A DNA stretch of 33,040 nucleotides from an uncultured Oscillospiraceae bacterium. GTDB taxonomy: Bacteria > Bacillota > Clostridia > Peptostreptococcales > Anaerovoracaceae. The notes below the pieces were generated by a model. The model was not told the DNA's origin. It saw only the letters and a list, made by a program, of their open reading frames with translations, and searched no databases. Below, in pieces: positions 18,508-30,700 of this stretch (within the stretch, counting starts at the first letter, position 1; every line of letters starts with the position of its first letter). Location of the stretch: NCBI GenBank assembly GCA_964596085.1, contig CAZQSP010000001.1, forward strand, positions 1 to 33,040. The letters run 5' to 3'. The translations under genes and the position numbers were made by a program.

Positions 18508-18660
18508 TGTTTCGTGTTTTCGGTAATATTTAGCAAGAAATTAACTTGAATTATCGAAGAAAGAAACGGAAAAGCAAATGAAGAAAAAGAAAAGTAATCT
18601 ATATCCAAAGCGTGTGAAAGCGTATAAAACGTACAAAGCATATAAGGAAGCGCAGATTTC

Positions 18661-18710
18661 AGCATACAGCGATGCCGACGGTTTTTCGTGCATTCGCGTA
18701 TGCTTTTTTT
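18661..18710 (+). terminator. Terminator-like hairpin inside the 5' leader (possible attenuator)
   Basis: agcatac/gtatgct, gcga/tcgc, tgc/gca, cga/tcg stem followed by a T-tract, ~20 nt before the RBS AAGGAG (18730-18735). Confidence 0.55.
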
Positions 18711-18742
18711 GATATTGAATGTTTATTTTAAGGAGAAGAACT

Positions 18743-21700
18743 ATGAGACAGAGAAGCAGATTTGCAAGATGGATATCCATCGCACTGATTATCGGACTGG
18801 TTGTGACCTGTATGCCGGTTACATCTGCGTTGGCAGAGGTACAGCCGACACAGATTGCGAACGAATCCGACGGGAATGAGGGTCAGCCTCAGATCAGGAA
18901 CGGGCAGCCTCAGGGCAATGAGGAAGGAGAGGCTCAGGATAATGAGGATGAGCCTCAGGGCAACGAGGAAGGAGAGCCTCAGGACGGCAATAATGCTCAG
19001 ACTCGAGGCAATGACGGTCAGACTCAAGGCAATGATGCTCAGACTCAAGGCAATGACGGTCAGACTCAAGGCAATGACGGTCAGGCTCAGGGCGGCGGTG
19101 ACTTACCTTTGACGGAAAACTCAGGTAGTAGCTATGTCGAAAGAACACTCACAATGACTCCGGCGCTGTACTATGCTTCGATCTTGAAGGGGGGCGAGTT
19201 GAGCCATCAAGTCGATGAGTACAACGGCTCAGGAAGCGTTCCTATCGGAGACTCGGAGTCAAGCGAGGCATACCTTGTTTTCAATTCGCAAGGTGAGAAT
19301 AATGATTCCTTCTACAAATTGCAGGATCTGCTGCGAAGCGATGTGCAGATAGAGAACGCAAGGCTTGTGTTTTCTTTGGAAGGAGGAGCCGCCGGCTCAT
19401 TTACGGTCAATGCATATCCGCTATTGATAGATGCGGAGAATTTTGATAAGTTCAATAAGTGTGAAACGCTGCCGGCGATTACTGACGGAATACTCGCCTC
19501 GGGGCTGCTCTGTGCCGCTTCGGAAAGAGATGTCGAGAATATCGGCGGATATTCGATAAATCTACTGAATGAAATAGCTACATGGACAACGAGCGGTAGA
19601 TTGAGCGACATTTTGTCCAACGGCTATTTCGGCTATGCATTGAGACTGACCGGAGGAAATGCTGATATTTCCGCTGTGCAGCTCGTGATTACATACCTTG
19701 AGTCAGAAGAAACGGCACCTTCGCAGGCAGTGATAGAGGCGGCGGATGCGATGCTTGCGGCAAGAGAAAACATACAGCAGAGCCTGGAGGGCTCAGGTAC
19801 GGTAAGCGATCCGTACCTTATATTCACGGCAGATCAGCTTTGCGGAATGGTTGAAAATGATAACGCCTGCTATAAGCTGATGAGAGATATAGATCTGGAG
19901 GGCTACGACTGGAGACCTGTAGGTTATTATTACTGGTATCCGTTTATGGGATATTTGGACGGAAACGGACATACCATCAAAAACCTTTATGTAGGCGGAA
20001 CCGGAAACGATGCCTGGGATATCAATGCGGGCGGTCTGTTCGGCTACCTTGAGGGCAGAGTAGAAAACCTCCATGTGGAGACGGTCAAGGCAAAGAGAAA
20101 GGGCGTTGACTTTTTCGGCTATGCGGGAGGTATAGCCGGAGTTGCAAATGCGCCGGCAGAGATAATCAACTGTTCGGTCAATGGTTATATATCGGGAAAT
20201 AACCGTGCGGGCGGTCTGGTAGGAATCGCATATCCCGGGGTTATAATCGAGAATTGCTGTGCCATCGGTACGGTAGATATGTCGCAGGCATTTGCCTACA
20301 TCAACGACAACGGCCTGGAGTTTACGAAGGAGGTCTGGGATACCTGCATGAGCCTGCTAGTTTGGGGCGCCGGTGTATACTCAAGCTTTACAGGCACAAG
20401 GGCAGCCTCAGGCAGTGAAAAAAAATGGAACGCAAGTGACTATGCAGATATGTTTACTTCCATTGTTACGAAATTCCCGATTGATGAGCTTTTCAACACG
20501 GGCTCGTTGCAAAAGCTCAGAAAATGCTGCGTCGGCGGACTGGTAGGATTGAATTATGCAACGATAAAAAATTCGTACTCGTCCACGGACATAGAAAAAC
20601 CGAGAAGCTCGAATTATCTTACGATCGGCGATTGGGGCAAGACCGGAGGCGTGGTCGGAAGGAACATGGAGGACTACGCTGATGTAAGTAACTGCTTCTA
20701 TAACATCGACTGCAAGGGTAATGACGATAACGAAGGAGGTGTCGGCACAGCCAAAACAACGGAGGAACTCAAGAGCGCAAATCTTTTCGGTTCGGGTGAA
20801 TCTTCTGCAAAAAAACAGTGGAACCACGACTTGAAGCTTAAGTCCGCAGACGGTCTGCCGCTTCCCGTGTGCAATTATGTTAACAGAGATATGAATGAAA
20901 ACTACCAGCCGGATGTATATTATGACAGCAGAGTACTGATGAAAACTCGCGAGAGCTTCTTCTTGGGTACGGAGACCGAAGACGGTTCGCTCATATGCAG
21001 CAAATGTGTAGAGCTCAAGAAAGAACTTGAAAAAAAGGAAACCGAGGCTGAAAAGGCGCCAATAAGAAAACAGATAGCAGTGACGGGTATATATCAGCGA
21101 GGCTCGGATGCACGTCCTTATCATGTGCACGACCTGGATTCCCTGCTTGCGATGCAGGATAACAAGGAGAGCCACTTCATACTCTGCTGCGACATCGACT
21201 TTAAGGTCTCGAACGGGAACAGCAAGACCGTACAAAAATATTGGTGGCCTGCGGGCAAGACTCACTTTTCGCCTATCAAGGGCTCGCTGAAGGGCAATAC
21301 TTCATGTAACAGCGATACATACATCTATGAAGCGGGTGAAATTAAGCCGCTGTCGGTAGAAAATAAGGCTGATCGCTTCACGATAAAGAATCTGACCGTA
21401 CAATCCAATCGTCACGCCGGACTGTTTGCCTCGTTCCGCGGAACCTTTTCGGACATAAATATAGAGCTTGCGCAGGGAACCTGGTCGTCGTGGCGCGACG
21501 GAATCAAGAACCCGGAAAGCAGCAGCGTTGTGGGTATATTTACTATCGGAAATAAGGCTTCGGCAGGTGCCGTTGCGGGAGAAACCGTAAACGGAGCACT
21601 GATAAGGGACTGCTTTGTGTCCGGCGGAACCTCAAGCAACAATGTATATATGCCGGGTTACATTAAGGGTGCGATACGTACCGGGGGTATAGTCGGGATG

Positions 21701-24700
21701 AACAATCGCGGCAGTGAGCTTGACGGCTGCGATGCATATGTGGATATGGATGCTAGGAACTTCGAGACGGTATATCTTGAAGATGATGCGGGAACGAACA
21801 TAGATATAATTCACAATGCGATTTTGTCGATAGATTCGATAATAAGTGTCTGCGCAGGTATTGCTGATGTCGAATCTGTTGCTGAGGAAATGAAGAATAA
21901 CAAGAGCATCGGTGTGGTAAAAGAGTTTATTCAGGCACTGGGTCATGCGGCGCAGGTAGCGATTACACCTTCAGTTTGGTACTCAACCATTGAGGATTTT
22001 CCTATCATAAAGTATTTTGTTTTGCGCTACTCTGATGTCTGCATAGGCGGACTGGTCGGCGAAAACTATGGAAATATAATGAACACCTGCATAGCTGTAA
22101 AGGAATCAAGCATATCTGCGGCGATGGCACCTTTTGGTACACTGCTCAATCCTAACTTGAGCTTAATACCATATTTTAATACACTTCACCGCGGAAGGGT
22201 TGTAGGCAGAAACAACTGGGTGGCAGGTGCCAACGTTGCCGCAAAAAGGGGCAACCTTGCGCAGACAAGCTCGTTCAGCACGGCGGAGGTAAGCATACAT
22301 TCCCCTCTGGTTGCATCTAAGGCCAATAGAAGTATGAACCTTGAAGGAAAGGGTACAGAGTCAGAGCCTTTCATCACCAGGACAGAGGGGGATATAAAAG
22401 AACTTGCGACCATAATCAAGGAAGGCAGGTCACAGGGAATTTATATAAAGCAGGTAAAGGATATAAGCCTGTCGGACGGCAGTGAGTTCAAGGGCTTTGA
22501 GGGAAGCTTTGAGGGCACATACGACGGAAACGGCTACAGCATCTCGGGTCTGACAACTAACAGACCTCTGTTTGCAGGCCTGTCGGCTGCCTGCGTAAAA
22601 AATCTAATACTGAAGAACAGCATTATAATGTCAGAGGCGGCATTTGCAACGACGGCTGAGAACGGCAGCAGGATCCAAAACTGCGGCTTGGAGCGTAACG
22701 TACAAATAGGTGGCGAAGGCGCTCCGGCGGTTGCAGGCTTCGTAGGTAGCTTGACGGATTCCGCAATTTATAATGTGTATAACTATGCGGGGATGAGATC
22801 CTCGTCCGTCGTTTGCGGTATTGCACGCGAAATCAAGGGAAGCTCTGAGGTCGTAAGCTGCTATACGGACACAAAGCAGCCTACACCGCCGACGCAGGAT
22901 GCGGAAAATTCGACTCCTGTCACCGTATATGCCGTGGCACAGAGCGTAGCAGCGACTGCGGACTACCGCTACTGCCGCTGGAGCATAGCATCCGATGCCG
23001 GCACTGCGACGGCTACGGATAAAAGAAGTGGGCAGAAAAAGAATGCTGACAAGTCGGGACGGCTTACAGAGGCGGAATCATGGATTTTCACCTTGTGCAA
23101 TCTTCTTGAGGGAAATGCCCAAGAATCTGATAAATCGGAGCTTGGCTATACGAATGATGCCACATGGGCATTGGGTGAACCGGTTGCAGAGGGAGAGATT
23201 CGACCGGGATTCTACTTCTACGGCTACAGACTTCAAGGAAGCGGCACGAAGGAACAGCCGTATATTATAAGCGATGCGCTTGATTTTGAACATTTTACTC
23301 AGAAAATACGCTTGATGGCAGACACCGAGGATATTTACTTCAAGCAGACTGCGGATATTGAGATAAACTCCGCAGCAAACGACAATCTGACAGCCAATTC
23401 CAAGGCTTCAGATTATAATAGCTTCAAGGGGTGCTATGACGGTGGCTATCACAGCTTATCCAAGATAACTATAGACAACGCAAAGACGGGTGACAATACG
23501 ACAGCAGCATCCATTTTCGGCGTGCTGGAGGGCGCAACGGTCAAGAATCTGGGGATCAAGGGCAGTACCTTCAAGGCAGCAAGGGCGGCAGCGATAGCAA
23601 CAGAGGGTACAGACAGGGCCTGCTTGGACGGATCGGAAAAGAGGAACCTGATACAGAACTGCTGGACGGAGTCGGATGTTGAGATAAATGGAAGCATTTA
23701 TGCCGGCGGACTGCTCGGAGATATGGAAAAGACTGATGTCTACGCCTGCGCATCATATGCGAGTGTCGGAAGCGAAAATGCGACCGGGGGCGGCATCGCA
23801 TATAAGCTCACATCGGGAGAGGTAAGGCTCTGCATCAGTGCCGGAAGCCTCAGCGGAGAGAACAAATACAGGCTCGCACTTCTGTCAGAGACGGAGAGCC
23901 GTGATAATTATCTCATCGGGACAGGAGCAGGGGAAATGTCCGCTACAAATCTCAGTGATAAATCTTTCCTTGATAGCGTTAATGATACGGCAGTAAGAAG
24001 CGGAATAACCGCCCTCGGAGAATGGATAATAACGAAAACAGAGAATGAAAACGATATAATCATTCCAAGTGAAACGGAGCTAAAGCCTACAGAGCAGGAC
24101 GGAAAAGTTGTTTATGCTGACAGAACATCTAGGTATATAGATTTGGATTACGAGGATTTTTCGGCAGGCAAGGGCACAAGGGCTGAACCTTATGAGATAT
24201 ATTCGATTGAGGAGCTTGCCAGAGTAAACCATCACATCAAGGAGGGCACCTATTTCCGTTTGATGGCTGATCTTGATTTCAGCAATTATTGCAAGACACA
24301 TGACTGGGTTGCGATAGGAACGGATGCTGACTATTTCGCTTTCCAGGGGGTATTTGACGGAAACGGATATACCATCAGCAATCTGACCATGACAAGCAGC
24401 TCCACGGCAGGTCTGTTCGGCTATTGTGCGGGCACCATCAAAAACCTGAAGGTAGTCAATTTTAATATCAACACCACCGGCTCGTCGGCGGGAGCGATCG
24501 TAGGTGAGCTTTGTGCGGGCGGCAGGGTCGAGCAGTGTGCGGTTGCTTATGCGGATGGTAAGGAGACACATATAGATTCGGCTCATTATTCAGGTGGAAT
24601 TGTCGGTGTGGCACAAAAGGGCTCCGTCATACGCAATGTTTATGCTGACAGGGTTCATGCGAGCCTGAGCAACATTTTGGTATTGAACGGCGGCGAGGAT

Positions 24701-27700
24701 TCGCTGCTTGGAGGTGCAAGGGACAGCAGCACTCTCAGCGCCGGCTTTACGGACGGATGGTCGGTTGTAGGAGAGTTTATAGGTATACTGGACACACTTA
24801 CTAAAGCTAGCGGTCTTTTTTCAACGGATTTTTTCAGCTCGCTCAGCGTTTTGATCAACACGATGCAGGATTCTGATTATCGAACGGCGGCGGCGGGCGG
24901 TATCGTTGGCTTCCTCGGGGGTACGCTCGAGGACTCATGGGTTTGGCGAAAGTCGAACGCATCCGATTCGATGTCAAGTGCCACAGCAGGTCTGCTCAGC
25001 GCATACCAGGGAGAGGGCGTAGGCAGACGTTTCTACGGCTCGGTAGTCGGCGAAAATCAATCCGTTAATGTACCCGGATTGAAAGCTGTCGGTACGGATG
25101 ACAATGGAGAATTATCGAATAAGAACTATATAATAGTAGAGAGCACGAGCATAGATAATTTAGGTATTAATTCGCCACGTTGGAACGGAAGAGAATTGAA
25201 AGTCTTCGAGAATGAAATGAGGGGACGGTCCGGAGTTGAATCCGTTTTCGATTTGGAGAAAGAACTCAGTGCGATTGAGCCTGCTAAGGACATAGACGGC
25301 TATTATATGGTAAGCAATGCAAATGAGCTTGCATATATAGAGTTTGATCCGTATTCCAATTACAAGCTTATGAACGATATCGACCTCAGCGGCTATAATT
25401 GGGTGCCGCTCTGCAGACAGCGAGATCAGTACTTTGCCGCAACCCTTGACGGACAGGGATATTCGATATACGGACTTCATGTGGAAACCAACGAGAACGG
25501 CGGTCTGTTCGGCTATGTGCTCGGCACGGTGACAAACCTCAATATAGGTGTGGATGTCGTGGATGCCTACGGCTCTGCGGGCGCAGTGGCTGCGGGAGTC
25601 TACTACCCGGGCAAGCTTTCAAAGGTCTCCGTCGTACCGACGGCGGTGGCAAAGGCCATGATAGCAGAGCGTATAATTTCAGTATTCAAGAAAGATGAAG
25701 ATCAAATCCCGAGCACTGAGCAGGCTCTATTGAAAAGCCTCCTGGACGCCGAGGATGCGCCTGCGAACAAGACAAAGGCAGAAGCGAGGATAAAAGCCGT
25801 TTATACCGCCAATGATATTCAGGATAAGGACTACAGTGATAAAGCACACATCATCGGCGGCGGCAATGATGACGGTGCGGGTGTCGGAGGACTCGTAGGC
25901 ATCGTCGGCAAGGATGTGGACGTAAAGGACTGCTACAGCAGGGTGAATGTATCGAATGCCAACTTCGCAGTGGTGAAGTCATTTGATCTGACGGGATTCG
26001 TTCTCGGCCTGATTGACAGTCTCACAGAAATTCTAGATCCGATAGTATCCAGGGGAGCATCAATTGCTAGTGCCATTAGTGTCTGGAATGAAACGAATGA
26101 ACTACTTGAAGCATATAATGCTGCAAGAAAGCTGTATGAGGAGAACCTGGGAAAGCATAATTTAAGTGTAGATGCTGAGGCTACAATAGTAGAGGAAGTT
26201 GAGACAATTGTCTGTGAGCAGAATAAGCTTCAGACTGACATGGCTGAATGTGAGACCAATGCCAAGGCTGCCGAAGAACAGATAAAAGAACTTGATGCAC
26301 AGATTAATAAATTAAATGAAAAGCAGGCAAAGGATGGAAAACTAAGCGAAAGCGACCAAAAAAATCTTAATGATTGCACAAAAAAGAGAACGGAAGAACA
26401 GACGAAAATGGAGGGTTATAATAAGCAAAAAAAGATAAATCTGGAAGAAAAGGGTAAATTAGAATCTGCTTATTCTACAAAATTGAATGAATTTAACACA
26501 AAAAACAGTACAAACAGAGAAAACGAAAAGGCTTTGAAGGATCAAAAAGAAAAACTGGATAAGCAAGCAAAGGATTACAACTCCCGAATTGACGAGGAAA
26601 GTTCTCTTTTTGCTCCTGACTTTTTTCAGGCGATTGTACAATTTGCAAAAGCAATAGGCGATACAATTTTAGATCTTAAGCTCAGCTCCTACGATTCCTG
26701 TGTGGGCGGACTCGTCGGAGAATGCCGCGGCAGATTGGTCAACTGCTACACCGTAGGTAAGCTCGAGTACAAGTTCAGCGGAATATGGTCATGGATAAAC
26801 GGTGGTGTACATTACGGAACGCTCGTCGGCAGAATCAGACACGGTGGCAGTGCAAGCAGCAACGGAAGGATAGGCTCTTTAGGACAGATGATTTCAAATT
26901 GCTATTATTACCCTGAGAATACAGGGGATAATAGCTTCGGAAACAAAATAAGAGATTGGCATCCGATGGAGCTAGAGAAGGTTGGGGAAAATATAGATAA
27001 TGGAGGAAAGAAGACACCAATATTCAAACAGGTTTACGCCGAAAACTGGATGTACACGGCTCTTGACGGCTTTGATTTCTCGAGCACATGGAAGAAGGGT
27101 GCATACAGCATGTATCCTGAGCTTGTATCTCCGTTAGAAGCGAGTGCCTATGCGATGAGCTCCGATGCAAGGATGATGCGACCGTTTGCACAGGGCAGCG
27201 GTACCGAGGAGGATCCGTATATCATCAGCACTGTGCTTGAATTTCTTGATATGGCAAAGTATCGCAAGGAGGAATACTATTACAAGCTCGCCTGTGACAT
27301 AGATCTGACTCCGGACAACGGCAACGGCAACTATGTAAATAGCTGCATCGACCTTAGCACTGATTTCTTTGGCGGAATCGGATACGGATTAGATACGGGA
27401 ATTTTCTCAGGCTATGATGTAGATTTGGACTTTGACGGCGATGCCTTTGCCGGACATTTTGACGGAAACGGATATAAGATTAGGTATACCGAAAAGGTAT
27501 GGTCTAAAGAAGACATTGAAAATATAGATCCGTACTACTACGCCTGCGGGCTGTTCCCTGTCCTGTCGGGAAGCATAGAAAATCTGGAGCTTGAATGTAC
27601 GGGTATAGCACCAAAGGCGAGATACCGTGGTTTGATAGCCGGTCGTATGCTCGCAGGCAGCAGAGTAGAAAACGTAAGGGTATCATATCAAGGCAGTGCC

Positions 27701-30700
27701 ACCCTGGTAGCTCAGGTTGCAGTGGGAGGCATGGTCGGCAGCGTGGAAAAGGGAGCATATATAGGAAACTGTGTATTGGATGCACCAAATTTAGACTTCA
27801 GTGTCGAGAAGGAAAGTATATTCGTTTCAGAGCGTATAGCAAGCATCATCGGAGAAAACGGCGGAACGGCGGAATATCTGATAGCACGGACAGGTCATGA
27901 TGGTGCAGTGAGGGCAAATACCCTAACCGGCGGAGTATCGCATGAATTGTGGCACGGAAAATCAGACGGCTCTAGCACATATGCTAACGGACAAATTTCT
28001 TTGCCAGGAGCTGCCACCGAGCGTGACTGGGTCAACAGAGGCTTTGATTTCAACAATACATGGACGATGGATGAGGCGAAGCCTGCACTCCGCTGCCTGA
28101 GAAGCACGGATAAGTATCAATACTATTCAAGCTTGAGGGACAAGGCATGTGAAGCTATAAACGCAAAAGAAATTACAATGACGGATAGCGACATATACAA
28201 GCATCAAGGTGAGCAGGCAAGCATTAGCGGCATAGGTACGGAAAGCAGTCCGTTCGCAATCTCATCGCCTAAGGATTTTATGGCTATGATGTATGCGATT
28301 TCAGGAGCAGGAGATGCTGCAGGCAGAAGCTACTCCGGAGTATACTTTGAGCAGACCGAGGATATATGCTTGGATCTGAAGGAGCTTGCAGGTATTAAGT
28401 ACACAAAGAATAATGTGGAAACAAGCATATTGGGTGACGGCGTTTTCGGCGGCAATTATGACGGCAACGGACATATCATCGAGCTTACAGATACGGGAAG
28501 CGGCATAGGTCTGCCAAAGCTATTCAAGTCCTTATCGGGTGCCACCTTCCGTAACTGCATATTCATAGCTCCGAAGAATCAGGAAGAACAGACGAGCATT
28601 CTGTTGGCGGAGAAAGCAAGCAACTCCTTGTTCCTCAACTGTGACCTCATAAAGGTTAATAAGTTGGCTGACAGTATGAGCGATGTAAGTATGCTTAACA
28701 ATCTGTATGAGAATCCGGCTGTTTTCGACGGCATCGTCAAGAGCGATTGTTTTAACGGAAGAATTGTGGGGCTTGAGGATGCTGCGGAGGCCGCTTTCAT
28801 AAACAACAAGCAGGCAGTAGACAGCTATACAGAGGAGACAACAGAAACTGCGTGCGCAGAGCTGAATTTGATGACAGGTCTGCCGGAGGAGATAAAGAAA
28901 ATGGCATATGCCTGGTCATCTGACGGGCTTAGGTACAGACCGAGTACGGATGCATACGAGACAGTGAATTTCGACTTGGGTGAGGGTGTTGAAATCAAGT
29001 CCGTAGGCGAGCTGAAATATGTCAAAGGCACTTTGAATGGTTACAATACACTTCCGGAAAGCACCTACATCAGAGACGGCTCAAAGCTTGTGGCCGTCAG
29101 AGTGCCTGCGGGAACTAAGCTGAATCTCGAGCTCTCATACACCGGCACTGCGCACGAGGAGAAGTATGTAGTGATAACGGGTGAGGCAGCAGGTTGCAAG
29201 CCTAATCTGAAGGAGCTGATACTTGCCTTGGCGTCTAGGAATACAGAACCGAGCGAAAGCAGCAAAGTGAATGCTGACAATGAACAGAGCGAGAGCACTG
29301 CTCCCGATACGGATGCGCTCTTTGCACAGCTCACGGAGGATGATTATCTCAGAGCCGCCGGCAGAGCTGATACGCAGAGTAGCGGAGGTATCATAGGCAC
29401 ACTGCCGTCTGATACGACACAGCTTCGCTACGAGGTCGGCAGCGGTGATAATATCATCTCGATATATAAGCAGAATACGCCGTACAAGGCTGAGCTCATA
29501 TTCAATAAGCCGTTTGTGGGAGCCTCTGTCAAGAAAGTAAGGTTCTGCTTTACAGAGAGGATATACGAGGAGCTTGAGCCCGAAGAGCTTCAGATCGAGG
29601 GCTTGAACAATCACCTGGTCGGAGAACAGACCGTAAGTGTGCTCAGACCGGTTCAAACCTTGGATGAGGACGGCAATCCGACAGTCGAGAATATGCGCTT
29701 TGAGACAAAGGTTTCGCTTTGGGATTTGGATAATTTTGATAGCCTCAGCATTGATACGTGGCCATCAAGGTATTATTACCTGAGAGACGATGTAAAGGCA
29801 GGAGCTGCGAGATTGATAGATCTTTCGGGTGCCAAGATATATGCAAAGAAGAACGGTACTGTGCAGATAATAGATATTGAGGATATGTTCGCTGAGCTGC
29901 CGGATGGAAAAATCAGTCAGTATTATGAGGTTGAACCTATTACGGGTAGTGATGGCGAGTATGAGGATGCCGATCCTACGGGTACGCATCGAATCGCACT
30001 GAAAACTCCGGAACTGTCGGAGGCACCGAATAATCAGCCGATATGGGTGACAATGTGGATTCGTCACCAGGCAATTACATTTCAAATCTGTATTGTGGAT
30101 GAGATCCCGCTTACCTCGATTGAGATATCGAAGCTTCCGGCTCAGACTGCGATAACAGAGGGTCAAGCTATAGATCTGACGGGCGGCAAGCTGAAGCTGC
30201 ATTACGATACCTATCGCACAGAGGAAATCGACTTAGAATCTGATGAAGTATCGGCGTCTCTCGGTCTTACGGATGAAAACGGAAGGGCTAAGGTGACGGT
30301 ATCCTATCAAGGCTGCACGACTACATACACGGTAGCTTCGTATACGATTTCCATAGACTCTGTTAAGTCATGGGGTACGACTCAACGTTATAGGATTGAC
30401 ACTCCTATCAACTACGAGGATTGGCAGATCAAGATATGGTACAACAACAGTACGCAGGAGATAAAAAGCCTGAAGCAGATACTTGCCGAAAAGAAGCCGG
30501 GTGAGGATACGCATCTTCCGACATTTGACGATTCGTCATTACCTCAGGATGTTTCCGAGCAGCTCAGAAATTACACTATCCGATATAAGGGACACGAGGT
30601 GAGCTTCGCGTATTATGTATATGAACGGGATCTGACAGGACTGTCATACGTAGCAGATTCATTGACTGCTGTACAGTATAAGGGCTTGCCGTTTAACACA

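Noticed and set aside
18514-18710. Known riboswitch (c-di-GMP, T-box, SAM etc.) in the giant-gene leader
   Set aside because: No diagnostic motifs recognised; reported only as an unknown structured leader.
18728-19148. Repetitive short ORFs in other frames, or a CRISPR-like reading of the repeats
   Set aside because: Contiguous 21-bp coding tandem repeats without unique spacers; no cas genes; the alternative frames are by-products.
27941-27955. HELWH (HExxH) zinc-protease-like motif in the giant protein
   Set aside because: Sits directly after GG at the end of a GLUG module with no surrounding peptidase domain; probably chance, though a structure model would settle it.
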